Of a stretch of 64,000 nt of DNA, positions 1-12,870 are shown in pieces. Numbering within the stretch: position 1 is the first letter of the stretch; every line of letters begins with the position of its first letter. The notes under the pieces were generated by a model. The model made no database searches, had not been told where the DNA came from, and was given only the letters and a program-made list of their open reading frames with translations. This DNA is from Vicugna vicugna. Taxonomy: Eukaryota. A program made the translations under genes and the position numbers. The DNA lies in assembly GCA_013265495.1 (NCBI GenBank), contig MU061578.1:877308-941307 (forward strand), given 5' to 3'.

Positions 1-87
1 CACTTGATCTCTGTGAAGCAGATCCTGTAACCTGAGTTGGAGAAGTTTAAGGACTTGAAAGATCTGCCCAGACATTGTGATTGCACC

Positions 88-394
88 CTGGGCTGTCCTC
101 ACGTGGTGGTCATTAGGCACATGTGGTCATTGAGCACATGTGGTTAGTCCAAAATGAAGATGGCTGTAAGTGCAAAATGCAGGCTGGACTTCAGCGATAC
201 AGTACAAGGAAGAGAATGTAAAATATCTGTTTCATAGTTTTATTTTGATTTACAGGTTGAAATGATAGTTTGGGCATATTGGATGAAATAAAACATTTTC
301 GATTATATGTTGAGACATACTGGATTGAATAAAAATAAAGTACATACGGGGCTCAAATTTGTGGCTCTCATTATATTTCTGCTGGACTGGGCGG
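88..394. mobile_element. MER33-like hAT-Charlie DNA transposon MITE
   Basis: Starts CTGGGCTGTCC, contains cacatgtggtcattgagcac...agaatgtaaaatatct...gttgaaatgata, and ends gtggctctcattatatttctgctggac. Matches recalled MER33 consensus end to end. Confidence 0.85.
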
Positions 395-1109
395 GTGATA
401 CCCATTGATTCAAGGGTTATAGAGCAGGGATGGATCCATGTTTTCCTTGGACTAACTGATGGGCAGAGTTGGGACTGAACTTGGACCACTGAAATCTGAA
501 GCCCCTGCTGCTTCGAAATACCGAGCCACGATCGTGGTGCCAAAGGTAAAAGTCTCCAGAAACGGCCTCATTGAAATGAAACCAGAAGAGGGAAGCTAGA
601 TTCCCACACTACCCCCTCACCCAGTCTTTGTGCTGTTAACATTCTTCACTTTCCCTGACCCTTCCTGCACAATTTCAGCATCAACCCCAAGACAGCCTTC
701 ACAGAAGGCCGCTTCTGAACAGAACATATCTTTCACTTTACCGAATCCGACAAAGCTCCCGAGGCCCTTGAGAATCCGTCGAAAGTACCTATTTGGGGAC
801 AGGAGAGGTGAAAGGCTTTTAAAAGCTTGTTTTAACTCTGTGTGAAATCAACTGACTAATATTTATACTGGGCAGCTCTCTGCAAAGATGAAATAAACTC
901 TCTACAAATAGCCTACAGAGCTCAGACATCCACTGTGTGTGAGGTCAGGGAAGAGCCTTGAACACGCTCCAGTATTGCAGGATGCTTAAGGCATCAGCAG
1001 GCATTCTGAGTTAGATCTTGTTCTGCAAGGTTATCCATTGGATTTGATCAGAAAGGGACTAGCTCTTTTTTTTTATATCTCGCAGACACTTGGTAGGATG
1101 TCTTGCTTT

Positions 1110-1880
1110 CACTCATTCATTCATTCATTCATTCACTCAAGATGTATTTCTTGACTATGTTTTAGGCACAGAGAGATACACTAAGGGCGCTTTCGTCTAC
1201 TGTGCCTGACCCCTGGCAGGCTGAGAATCAGTATTTCCTTTTGCATTAATATAAAATACATTCAGCCATAAGGAAACAGTCTCTGCTCAAATGGAGATTT
1301 AAAATAGGGATGAAGATAGATACAGGAAAAATCAATGACCAAAGCAAGTTTCATGGATTTTATAAATCTAAATGCAAATTATTATGGGAGCCAGAGAGGA
1401 AGCATCCGGATTTGGAGATGGAGGTGTAGTGAATGCTTCCTTAAGGATGTGATGGTTGAGATGAGCAGAAAGGAGAAGTTGGAGTGAGTTAGGTAGACAT
1501 CCAAGGCAGAGGAAAAGCATGCAGAGCAGCTTCAGGGAATAAAGAACACAGAGAACAGATCATATGGCTGAAGTATGGGTGTGGTGGGGATTTGGCAGGA
1601 AATGGAGCTAGAGATAAGGCTGAAGGCCTAGGGCAAAGCTCAGAGCGTGCCACGCAAAGCAGTTAGGATTTGATCCTTTGGTAACGGGAGGCCACTGAAG
1701 AGTTCCAGGCATGGGAAGGGCATAGTCAAATCTGTGTTATAGAGGAGCATTCTGGTCACTAAATGACGAAAGCACAGGAGAGGGAACATCGTGGAGGTAG
1801 AGAGGGAAGAGCAAAGATGACGGTCGTCACCCACAAGAGAGATGACAAAGCAGGGGCAGAGGTGGAGAAAGGCAGACGAA
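1110..1880 (-). mobile_element. L2 LINE 3' fragment
   Basis: (TCAT)n tail at 1113-1134, followed by typical antisense L2 text (ggcagaggaaaagcatg, gggaggccactgaagagtt, aaatctgtgttatagaggagcattctgg). Confidence 0.7.
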
Positions 1881-2264
1881 GTCAGGGGCCCACTTTCAAG
1901 GCTGTTTCTTTCCATCAATATGGATACCAATGGCTCTAATGTGAAGTTTTGCATCTTTCCTGTGTCCAGTGCAAAATAACTGATTTTTACATTTTTATTT
2001 GAATGGGATTTTAATGACCATCCTCCTTACTGCCCCAAAGATATTTGGAGGAATTACATGAAATAAGGACAATTTTGTGTTCTGTAGTCTTTTTCATGAG
2101 AACACTGAACTCATCAAATTAAAAACAAGAAAACCTCTGTTAAGGATTACACTGTTGGAGTATAAATACATTCAAGCAAACCAAGGTCTGCTATGAGCTT
2201 TAAATGTGACAAGTTCTCGCATATATGCTATGGGTGGTAGAGAAACAGTGTTGACGATGATACT

Positions 2265-2450
2265 GATAATGACCATTTATACAGCCCTTATATACCCTGC
2301 TATCTTATAAAATCCTCATAAGGACTCTGAGTTACATATTATTATTCCCATTTAGTAGATGAGAAAGCTGAGGCTCAAGCCAAGGAATGCCTTGTTCACA
2401 GGCACACTGCTAATAAGAGCTAGAGCCAGAAGGTGAATCCAACCTGGTGT
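2265..2450 (-). mobile_element. MIR SINE
   Basis: Antisense core attattcccatttagtagatgagaaagctgaggctc. Confidence 0.8.
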
Positions 2451-2724
2451 CTTCCCACGACCCCATGGCCTATTTCTCTGGGATGTCTCCCTCATTGGTC
2501 TCCCCTCTTTATAAGGAGCCCTTATGAGTAATCTAGAGAATTCACAAATAAATTTAAATGAGCAGTTTCAATGAGCTTCTGCTAGTTTTCTAAGAAATTT
2601 CCTAAGCTCTTCTGGGGGACAGGGAAAACGAATAAAAGAGGATAGCATGGTTCCTGACATGAAGCAGCTTAAAGTCTGGAAAAGGGGAACCATTTGCTGA
2701 GCTCTAAAATGCAAGCCATCTCTG

Positions 2725-2945
2725 TAGCCAGAAGGCCTGCTGTCTAAATTCCGGTTCTCTCTCTTACTAGGTGTGTGATCTTGAGTAAGAAAACATAAAT
2801 GCTCTGTGATCTGTTTCTCTCTTTTATAATAGGGATACAGCTAGCATAATCTTATGGAGTTATTTATGGAATAAATTAGGCAATGCATATAGATTTCCTA
2901 TCACCACATTTAAAATAAGTGTTCAATGTGTATTTGTTATACTAG
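2725..2945 (+). mobile_element. MIR SINE
   Basis: cttactaggtgtgtgatcttgagtaag...ctctgtgatctgtttctct...taagtgttcaatgtg follows the MIR sense consensus. Confidence 0.7.
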
Positions 2946-3626
2946 TTATGGTATTGTTGTTGTTGTTATTAAATAAAGAGAGATAACTTGGATGACAGTG
3001 TAGAGTGGGTGAAGGAAAATTTTCAGGAAAAAAAAAAATCCATCAGAACCCAGCCTGGGAGGAAAGGAGCAGAGAATAAGCTTGACTCATCACACCCACA
3101 GTCGCACAGCAGGCTTGGAAAATAACACACTAGCCCCCGGTGGCAGGAAGGGCAGAAAAGACATCTCCCTGATCAGTGCCTTCTAAGTCTTGGACTGAAC
3201 TTTGGTTCTGATTCATCTAAAAGCTTTTAGTAAGACAGTCACCTGTGTTTTCAGCTCTGTCAATCCCATATGGACATGGTTCTCAAAACCAGAATGAGAA
3301 CTGACAACCACCCCAGACCAAAAGATAGAAAGCAAGGTTATACAGACCATCGCTTCTCACGTTCAGTTATGACAGCCCCCTCGACTCCTTGTTGACATTG
3401 CTAACTCATGGCGTACTGCCTAAGCCCCCATCACCCACCCACGGAGCACAAATCATTCGCGAGTCAATACGAGTATGTCCAATGAAACAGGTGTCATTGC
3501 TGATGAGCCTGGTTCTTCAAACACCCAAGGGGTTGCGTGGGCTCTCTCATTGAGGAGACTGCAAAACTATAAGAATCCAAACTAAATGCAAGGATCCAGT
3601 GAGATGATGAATACGATGATGATCAT

Positions 3627-4124
3627 TGTATCTGCTTACTACTGCTGCTGTCACAACTGACCACTAACTCGATGACTTAACACAATTGTATTCTCCTACA
3701 GTTCTGGAGGTCAGAAGTCTGTTTCACTGACATAAACTCAAAGTGTCAGCAGGGCTGGTTCCTTCTGAAGGCTCTGGGGGAAAATCTGTTCCCTCGTCCT
3801 TTCCAGTTTCCAGTGGCCACCTGAATCCATTGCCTTGTGGTTCCTTTCTTCACCTTCAAAATGCATCATTCTAATTTCTGCTTCTGCCATCATGCTGCCT
3901 TTTCCTCTAATGCTAGCTCTGACACTTCTGCCTCCCTCTTATGATAAGGACCCTTGTGATTACATTGGACCCATTGGGATAATGCTGGATCATCCCTCCA
4001 GGTCAATATCCACCACCTAATCACATCTGTAAAGTTCCCTTTGCCATACAAAATAGCACAGCACTCACATGTTCCGAGGATTAGGATGTAGATATATCTG
4101 GGAGACATCACTGAGTCCACCACA
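3627..4124 (-). mobile_element. MLT1D-like ERVL-MaLR solo LTR
   Basis: TG...CA ends; cagttctggaggtcagaagtc, gcagggctggttccttctgaaggctct, aaggacccttgtgattacattggaccca and taatcacatctgtaaag are MLT1C/D hallmarks. Confidence 0.85.
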
Positions 4125-4141
4125 GTGAGGACATTCTAGGC

Positions 4142-4344
4142 AAGCACTGTCCAGTAAGACTTTCTAAGATGATGGAAACATTCCATAATGGTGCTGTCAA
4201 GTGCAGTAACCACCAGCCACACGTGGCTTATTGAGCACCTGAAAGGTGCAGAGTGTGGTTGAAAAACTGAATTTTAATTTTATTTAGTTTTAATCAATTT
4301 AAATAGCTGCACGTAGCTAGTGACCATCGTATGGGACAGGGCAG
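4142..4344. mobile_element. MER3 hAT-Charlie MITE
   Basis: gcactgtccagtaagactttct...gatgatggaaac...ccacacgtggcttattgagcac...gggacagggcag. Flanks ttctaggc/ctctggag resemble a degenerate nTCTAGAn target site. Confidence 0.85.
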
Positions 4345-6915
4345 CTCTGGAGCAGGTATTAGTCAGCTCCCATTCTATCATCAGTGCTATCTATCGTCCT
4401 AGGAAAATAAGATTAAATTATGATTACAGAAAAATTCATGATCTCTTACACAGTCATTTAACTACAGTCACAGTGTTATATTTACCAAGGCAGGAAGGTT
4501 GACCTAAGAATTTTTTTCCACCATTTTTCAGCACCAAGGACAGAAATACAAAGACTTCTCTGCTTTGACTCTTCTATTAGTCAACATTCCTCTTGAATTT
4601 TTTACAGATCACTTTTAAAGTATTCTGATTGGTGAATGAATCCCAAAGAACTGAATTTTATGCCTGTTTAGATTATGCTGGGAACCAGTGCCAAATGCAG
4701 AATGCAGACAAAATCATGCTAGGTAGTCAGTTTATTGTGGAGCCTTTATCCACCGATTTTCAGGAAGTTTAATGCTGAGAATTGAGCCTGTTCCACGACA
4801 CACAAGCATGAAACACAGGGCTCCAATGCTAGGAAACTAAAATAAGCACACCAAGCAGAGTTGTCTTTGCCTAGGAATTAGTAGGATAGACTATATCCCA
4901 CAATATCCAGAATGATAAAGAAGAGACACACAAGAATGATGGAATGAAACTTAACTAGTTACAGAAGATTGGACAGAAATCTAATGAACTTGTATTATTG
5001 AAAATCAAATTCTCCTTGAAATTTTTGTTCAGTAAGAAATAATAAGATCCAATTTCTTATAAAAATTTGAATGGGAAGAAACACTGTGGCTCTAAGACTG
5101 TTGTCTGTTAGGCTGTGTCAGTTTGGGAGGAAAAAATGCCCAAGGGCTTAGTAGACCACAGACACAAACATAGCAATAATGAAGTTACTTGCTAAGAATA
5201 AAGAGTCCAACACATTTTGATACTACGTAAAACAAACAAACAAACAAAACTTAGCGAAAGGGAATACCACTTAAAAGGTTACCTTGACCTCAGCCCGAAG
5301 ATCAAGAAGGAAGACTAAAGTGCTCTCTCAAGGGAGTTCTGGAAATCAGAGAGACCACCCCACCAGTCTGCCGGTTGTTCAGTGTGTCTGGTCCAGCCTT
5401 CAAGGGCTGCATCTGCTCCTGATGGAGGCACATCCCGTGGAGCGGACTGAACCTTAAGGTGGAATCCAAGGAGCATCCTTTACTAGGATATCAAGTCAGA
5501 TCAAGGCCGCGAACAGGACGACAAGTCATAACAGAAGAGAAGGGTTTAGAGTCAACTAAATGGTCACAGGGAATGGTGACGTAGACGAGACTAAAAAAAG
5601 AGGGATGTGGTATCACCAGGGAAGTGAAGATGGGGTGGTAGATGATTTAGGAACTGATTTCAGAGAAATATCTCATGACTTGACTAGCTTGTTATAGTTA
5701 GAAGGCTGACCACTTTATTTCACAGCCAGCTGGGGAGCAGAGGAGATAGGAAGTGTGGGTCCCTTCTTGGTCCCCTCAGAATCCCCAGTTGATGGATCTC
5801 TGGACCAGTGGTAGGAAAGTAACTCACCTCATCTTACTGAATCCTGAAACCCTCGAATACATTTCATTTTCACTGTCTACTAAAGCAGTTCAGCAGTATA
5901 TTTTTAGACTTTTCAAAATGTGTGATGATGGTGATGAGAACTGCAGCATTCTATTTCAGGCCACCGCAAGCGAAAAAGGGGACTGAAATGAATGGTCTAA
6001 GTTCCCATGGGCTCTTAGGATAGCAAAGATACCTTGGCGTCAGAGCAAAACAACCCAAGCATAAAAGAAAGAGCTGCTTCTGAATAAAGGTGGGGTTTTA
6101 TTTTATTTACCATGGTTTCCTTCCTTTGAGACACAGGAGAGCTCATTTTACCAAGGCAAGAAGATTCTCAATAATTCCAGTTTAAAGGCTGTCCAAACTC
6201 TACCTTCAACCAGATTTGGATGTGGACTTGTGATCTTGTACAAACCATGGTTTCAAACTGCTCTTTAGCTCACGGTTCCTTCCACAAAGTAGAATTTGCT
6301 AACCTAAGTTAATTTGGGAGTTGAAAAAGTCATAGTTTATTCTAATTCTTCCCCATCGATAGATAAAAATGGAGAGTTGGGTACATTATCCGTTCCTTCC
6401 CTGTTGGACTCAACCCCTCCAATTAAGAAAGCAGCCTGTCTAGCTAAAAGAATTTGAATTGCACAGAGTGAAGCCAGAGTCAGAGACCAGTCCACTCTGG
6501 GGAGTGGCTACGAGCTCTAATAGATACTCTACAAACCTAATCTCACCAGGGAGAGAGCTCAGTGGAGTCCTGCAGCCTCCCCAGCCCATCGGAGCTAGCG
6601 GCTCCAAGATCAGAAACTGCACGGCTATTATTATGAACGTCTGAGCTCTTGGAGAGACAAAGTGTCATTCTTTTCTCAGTAATGAGAAAAGCATCTGCCT
6701 TGAAGAAGGAGAAAAAGTCAAATCAGACGTTTCTGCCAATTTATTCTGGCTCAGATGACTGACAGAAGTTCTGCAGCCTCCTGTCTTCGGAAGCTAGCCC
6801 CTTGGCCACATGGCAGGGATGTTCAGTAAACACACCCGGGACACAGATTTAAAAGGGGAGAGAAAACAGAAACACAGAAAGCTGAGAGCCCACCTTCTGG
6901 TCTATTCAAGGGAGC

Positions 6916-7231
6916 ACTTTGGAGACAGATAAATCTAGAATAAGATCCCAAGAATTTCACTCTTCAAGCTCTTGACCTTGGGCAGTTCGTGTCTTCCTTC
7001 CAAATCACTGTCATATATGGATCATTAAAAGATGGAAATGAAGTCTTATTTGGGTGTGATAAAGTGTGGATGAAAGAAATACACATTATTCTCTCTCTAA
7101 ACCTCAGTTTTTTCATCTCCCAAATGGGAACAGGAGAGCAGCTACTACAAAGGATTATTTTAAGGATCAAATGGGATTAGGTACAAAAAGTGCTGGAAAC
7201 CATTAAGAGATTAATCAATGTTAGCTATTAT
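6916..7231 (+). mobile_element. MIR SINE interrupted by ~100 bp of unrelated sequence (~6989-7090)
   Basis: 5' part ends tgaccttgggcagtt. It resumes at ctctctaaacctcagttttttcatct and ends aatgttagctattat. Confidence 0.7.
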
Positions 7232-7399
7232 AAGAACAAATATTAAATAATTGTCCAAAGGTACCCGGGGCAGCTCTTGGCATTTAGTAGATGCGTAGCC
7301 AAAGGTAACGTCTAAATTACTCCAATATTAATACTACTGAATGAAAAAAAAAAAGATTTCAGCTGGAGGCTCCCTAATATTACCTCATAGGGCAGCCTT

Positions 7400-7665
7400 G
7401 GGAGAGAGAAAAGGACAGACAGAGGCAGATCAGCAGAGAGATCTGGACAGAGTGATAAAAAAGCAGACCCAGGAAAAGAGAGACACAAATATGGAGAGAG
7501 AGAGAGACACTGAGATTCACAGCAGGGTTTTAGACAGACATCCGGACACAGATTTAGATACAGCTATAAAAATATAGATATACACATATATACGCATATA
7601 TATCTGAATGTAACTGTCTGTCTACCTATCTACCTACCTATCTAATCACTCTATCAATCTATAGG
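7400..7665. repeat. Low-complexity GA-rich, (TA/CA) and (CTAC/CTAT) simple repeats
   Basis: gagagagagagagacac, tatagatatacacatatatacg and ctacctatctacctacctatc are visible directly. Confidence 0.7.
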
Positions 7666-7699
7666 AGAAAAAGAAAAAGGCGAAAAGAGAAAAAGCAGA

Positions 7700-8200
7700 C
7701 AGAGGGACTGCACAGCCAGCTTTCTGGCCAGCTCGGAACTACGTCGGGCTAAGTGCCTGTGCTGAGAGCCAGAGCCCCTTCTGCCTGCGGGCATGAACGC
7801 TGCAGATAAAGATGTAAGGGGGACCAGCTCATCAATCACAATCGCGCGGGGACACACGAGCGAGGCAGGAGGATTAGCACGGCAGCCTGTTCGGGGCTCT
7901 TCCCTCTCCCAGCTTCGCTTTAATTAAACATCACCTCCCATGCTCACTTCCGGACGAGGTGCCCCCTCCCTTCCCAAGACCGGCCCCCTGTAATCTAGGC
8001 TCCAGAGTTAATTAGAAAAGAGGTTCTGAAAAAAAAAATCCATTCCAAAGGGTGGGAATCCCCGAACAGAAATTATCGGATGCTGGTAATAAAGATTTGC
8101 TTTTCCTTGGAATTGAGATTGACTGTTAAATGGCCTTCATTAAGCTGCAGCTCCTTTCTGCCCAGGACCTCTCCAATAAAGCTATCTGAGATCTTACTGA
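7700..8200. promoter_or_regulatory. Candidate enhancer (CpG-retaining, motif-dense, repeat-free)
   Basis: Local CpG cluster with AGATAA (7804), ATCAATCA (7831), TTTAATTAAA (7919) and CACTTCCGG (7945). Function is inferred. Confidence 0.4.
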
Positions 8201-8493
8201 AGAGGCTGTTGGCTTCTCTGAGTGGGGAACGAAGGGGTCACTTTTAAAGGCTGGGGCCAGATCTCTCAGGAGAATGTCTGTATTTGCCTGGAGAGGGCTC
8301 AGGGCACGTGAGGGCAAGAAAGGGTCTGTGCGCATGGTGTTCGGTCTGGTTGTGTGTTCCCACGTGATGTGAAGAGGACTGGGAGTGGATTTCCCTGTAC
8401 TGTTTGTCTTTGTGCAGGGGAAGGGGGAGGGAGCCAGAGATGGCAGGGGAGACTGCTACAGCCCTGAGGGAAACACTCACTTCCGGGAATGTT

Positions 8494-8860
8494 CATCCAT
8501 TCATTCATTTGTTCAACCAGTACTGACTGATCTCTCGTCTCACTCCAGGCCAAGGGCTCTGTGCCGGGCATAGAACAAGGTAAATTCCTCAACTGCCTGC
8601 CAAGTGCCTGTGAGTAAAGGAGGCAGGAAACGGACCCATTAACACACCCATAGGTAATATGATGACCAAGAAGCACGATGAGGACAAGGCATGGAGTGAG
8701 AGAGACGGGAGAGTCAGGGCAGGAGCAAGCGATGTGCAGATCTGGGGGAAATCAGGCACAGGGAACTGCAGGTTCAGGGCCTTGAAATGGGACGTGTGTT
8801 TGGAAGGACTTAGGAGCAGCAGCAAGAAGGCAGAGCGAGGCTGAAGGGGCAGCCAAGGGC
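8494..8860 (-). mobile_element. L2 LINE fragment
   Basis: catccattcattcatttgttcaac tail, then ggcacagggaactgcaggttcagggccttgaaatggg typical of antisense L2. Confidence 0.7.
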
Positions 8861-9059
8861 CCTGATGCTGGAACTCTCCCTCTGGCCTGGTCTGTCTCTT
8901 AGGTCTGTGCAGTCCCCTAGGCCTCAACTTAATGGTTTACTTCTTAGCCTCTGCTCCATAATGGCAGGGACAACCACCCAGAACAAGACGGATGCCTTCT
9001 ACACTAATATCAGACCCAGTTTCCACGCAATGAGCTCATCTCATGTGAACTGGTCACCA

Positions 9060-9200
9060 CGTGTGGCAGGCAGGTCAACTCTTTTTCCCGCAAGTCTTCA
9101 AACAACTCTCCAGGAGAGATGCTGTTATTATGTCAAATTTACAGAGGTGGATGTGAAAATCGGGCGACTTAAGTGGCTGGCCCAAGGTAACTGGACGAAT
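9060..9200 (-). mobile_element. MIR SINE fragment
   Basis: gttattatgtcaaatttacagagg...ttaagtggctggcccaaggtaac. Confidence 0.65.
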
Positions 9201-9292
9201 ACAATCTCCCTGCACACACCCAAAACAGAGACACACATGAAGATGCACAGACAGTTCAAGGAAGGGGCGGACATGCCAAGTTTACTACAGAG

Positions 9293-9514
9293 CAGAAGTT
9301 GGCCAACTTTTTCTGGGAAGGACCAGAGAGGAAACACTTTTGGCTTTGCCGGGCTCATATCATCCCTGTTGCAACCACTCAGGTCGACCGTTGTAGCCAG
9401 AAAACACAACATAAGTGTAAGCAAATGGGTATGGCCATGTACCAATAAAACTTTATTTGTAAAAGTAGGTGACGGGTCAGATTTGGTCCACAGGCTATAG
9501 TCTGTTGACATTTG
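9293..9514 (-). mobile_element. MER58A hAT-Charlie MITE
   Basis: Reverse complement of the MER58A consensus (ccaataaaactttattt...gatttggtccacaggctatagt). 8-bp flanks ctacagag/ctattgag match at 6/8. Confidence 0.85.
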
Positions 9515-10529
9515 CTATTGAGTACCTGTTAGTTGAGAATCAAACTGATTTGGGGAACCACACAGGATAGTCAAGGGATTTAATATTCATATAATAAAGA
9601 AGCAGATATTATTAGTCACATGCAAATGTAGAGCAGTCCTCAATCTATTTAAAACCTCTCCTTATAACCCCTTGCCTGGGGGAGTGGGGACAGCCCATTG
9701 GGGCGTTGAGAGTTGCTTCACCCCAAGACAAAGGCTGTATCCTCAGTTCATTCACCTCATCCCCTGTCATGGTTTAAAACCAAAAAAAGCACACGTGGGA
9801 GGTCGAAGTATCCAGTTGGATTCGAGGAAAAGCTATTAAGTGTGTTAATCCATTTGTGACTCAACAAGAAGAAAATGAAAGTACAAGGCAAAGAGCAGAA
9901 GACGGGACGATGTCTTCCAGAAATGTGCAAGCAACAGTGTGTAGCAAGGCAAACTATTGAAACTATTGAAGAGTCAGCCCTTGGTCTGCCTTGAAAAATG
10001 GTGAGGGGGAGACAACACAAGGGTGTGCATTTGGGTGTGTATGCATATACAGAATTAGTCACTGCAGCTGTTAAACAGATCACAGGGAACTTCACATATA
10101 ACAGTGAACAGACATGTCCTTTGTTCCTTAACCAACCTGGGAACAGGAGGTGGGAACACTTTCCTACATGAGCGAATGTGACTTATCTTTATATATCTAA
10201 CGTGAATCCTCTGATATTAAAAAAAAAAGATGATTTAATGCTAGGGAACTTAAACCTGCATACAAATTTTGATATGCAAGACATAAAAATGTACCTTGAT
10301 TGTGGAAATCCAGACAGTATCTCACTCCCTAACTGTTTTGAGCAAGTCAAAACATATGAGTTGGGGCAAATGTCTTCTTTGTTGTCCTTACTCATCACCT
10401 TACTCAATGAGAATCCAAAGGTGAGCATTAAACCAGAGAAAGAAAAGACCAGAGGGTCTTATGCTGGACCTATATTAGGGACATCTGGTTGCAGTTAAAA
10501 ACAAAGCAAAGCAAAACATCTGACGCCAT

Positions 10530-11141
10530 ATGCTGGTTACAAGTAAACACAGTACAGACACCAGCCACTTTGGGAAATGGTATAGCTATATCTTACAGCA
10601 TTAAACCTACGCTTGCCATATCACTCAGCAATGCCACTTCCAAGGCTTCACCCAAGACAAATGAAAACATGTGTTCACATAAAGACATATGCTAAAGTTT
10701 CACAGCATTCATGTTTGCCAAAAACTGGAAACAAATGTCCATTACCTGGTGGATGGATAAGCAGATTGTGGTATATCCCCACCATGGAATACTATGCAGC
10801 AGTGAAAAGGAATGAGATGTTATACACATATCATTGGTGAATCTCAAAAACAGTATGCTAAGTGAAGAAAGTCAAACACAAAAATATTTGTACAGTATGA
10901 TTCCATTTATATGAAACTCAAAATGATAGAGAGAGAAAGTAAATTGTTGGCTGCCAGGGGTTGGGAATGAGGGGGAAAGACTTGAAAATGGGCACAAGGA
11001 AATATTTTAAAATGAAGAATTGTTCTATATCTTGATTATAGTGGAGGTTATCATGTTGTCTACAATTATCAACAGTCATCAAACTGTACGTATAAATAGA
11101 TGAATGTTTTTGCATGTAAATACTAACTTAAAGAAAAAAAA
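10530..11141 (+). mobile_element. Ancient L1 (L1M, probably L1MB-L1ME class) ORF2 end plus 3' UTR
   Basis: gcaatgccacttc...aaatgaaaacatgtgttcacataaagac...atggaatactatgcagcagtgaaaaggaatg...tatgattccatttatatgaa, ending in an A-rich tail. Confidence 0.85.
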
Positions 11142-11487
11142 TACTTTGATGTGCGGCCTCCACTACAAACCAGTTCAAGTTGAATCTCTCAGGATGAAAA
11201 GCAGCTGGTTTAGTTATCCCTAGGCCTATTTCTCAACCTTGGCTGCACAACCACATGGTCCCAGTAACCTGTTTTCTTAGGTAGTTGGACTTAAACCTGA
11301 CTCCAGAAAAACCTCCTTTGAAATATCAGCATTTCCCAAACTCTAAGAAACTAAACCCATTCTTTAATGTCAGTCAGCCCCATAAGACCACTGTCTGTCT
11401 ACATCCCTCGCCCAGGGAGTGCATAAGTAGATGACAAAGTTGGCATCGTAGGCAGGGCCTGGATATAAATGGTACAGACACAGTGTC

Positions 11488-11705
11488 TACCGTCTGTTGA
11501 GTGCCTACTGGGTACTAGGCACTGCGCTAAGTGCTTATCTAATATAACACTCTTTTATTTTCACAAGAGCCCTATGTGATACACAATACTGTCTTCCTGT
11601 TACCCATGAGGAAGACAAGGCTCACAAGAATACACATAACCTGTCCAAGCTCACGTGTCCGGTAAGGTTGAGCTGGGATATGGAGTTAGGTCTGCCGATT
11701 CTTAC
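11488..11705 (-). mobile_element. MIR SINE
   Basis: ttgagtgcctactgggtactaggcactgcgctaagtgctt...catgaggaagacaaggctc...acctgtccaagctcac. Confidence 0.8.
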
Positions 11706-12609
11706 AACACTTGTAGTCAGCAATCTACGTGCTGCCCTGTTTGACTTCCAGTCTCTTGTAGAGCCCAGTAGGGACCCAAAATAGTTTGGCAAGTCAAGGC
11801 CCACAGACACACAGCAGAAGTTAATAAGGGCCGTGCTTTGCTTCTGGAATTAAACACAGCCCTGTTATAATTGGAGGAACTCAGTTCCACCGACTTACGG
11901 AGGGTAAAGAAGAAAACAAAAACCAGCAGCCATTAGTACGGGAGGAGGAGGTGGCTTCCCTCTCCTCCCACTATGCTCCAGGCTGAGGGGCCCAGGTTCA
12001 TGACCTGGGAAAGCCAGTGCCCTGGAGGAAACACCTTGTCAGCCCTCATATCCAGGTGAAGGCCTTTTCCAACCGAGGATAACATCCACACAGAGCTCAT
12101 TGCAGGCAAAGCTGCCCTCCTCTCAGATCTTGCTTCTGCAGCAGCCAAGCCCATCCCCCTGCTCGTGGTGTTCAGGATTTGGGGACAGAACATCCCGAGC
12201 ATGTGGGAGGACGCATTTGCATAGAGGTGGGCAGGCAGGGGCTTACTAGCGCATCCAAGCACATAAGCAAACAACCGGGAAGGAAAGTTCCCTTGTCACC
12301 GTGGGCTGTCACCCCGAGCAGGGGCACCTCTCCCTGACAAGGGTGGCCTGTCCCAGCATCCTCTCCCCACCGGGTTGTCTGGTGAAGCAGATCCAGAATC
12401 GGTGTCTCTGGAACTCAGCCTCGTCTCTCAACGACTGCTTCCCCAAACAAACCCCAGGCCATCCGAGGGAAGAGACAAGCAATGCTAGTAGCTGACTTCT
12501 GATTTAAAAAAAAAAAGAAGAAGAAGAACCAGAAAGAAATTGAAGGAGAGACTGAAGCGGTAAGAGAAGGTCAGAAGTAAGGCTGCTGCTTATTACATAA
12601 TAGTGATGA

Positions 12610-12870
12610 TTGTCACTATGAGCTGTGTGGGCTGGACAAGTCCCTCTGAGCCCTGCACTCCTCACCTGTAAGGTGAGGCTATAAGTTCTACCTAATGCGC
12701 CTGGAAAGGCTGCTCTAAAGATAGAATAAACAACAACAATGGCAGATGACATGTTCCGAGCTCTTCGAACGTGCCGGCACTGTACCGACTGTTTTGGACG
12801 TACTAGACCAAGAAACTCTCTCTGCGACACCATAAGGTAGATGCTGAAAGATGACTGCTATTACCACAGA
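12610..12870. mobile_element. Two MIR fragments in opposite orientation (+ ~12610-12730, - ~12735-12870)
   Basis: gagctgtgtgggctggacaagtccctctgagcc...ctcacctgtaa, then gtgccggcactgtacc...cataaggtagatg. Confidence 0.55.

Noticed and set aside
2265..2945. Inverted MIR pair as a possible dsRNA hairpin
   Set aside because: The copies are too diverged from each other to pair extensively, and such pairs are common.
3128..3148. CTCF-like motif (tagcccccggtggcag); similar weak matches near 46860 and 63840
   Set aside because: There are mismatches at key core positions, so it is not supportable without a PWM scan or ChIP data.
8865..9500. Longest ORF (211 aa, + strand)
   Set aside because: It runs through a MIR and a MER58A element, has no recognisable domain, and is consistent with a chance ORF.
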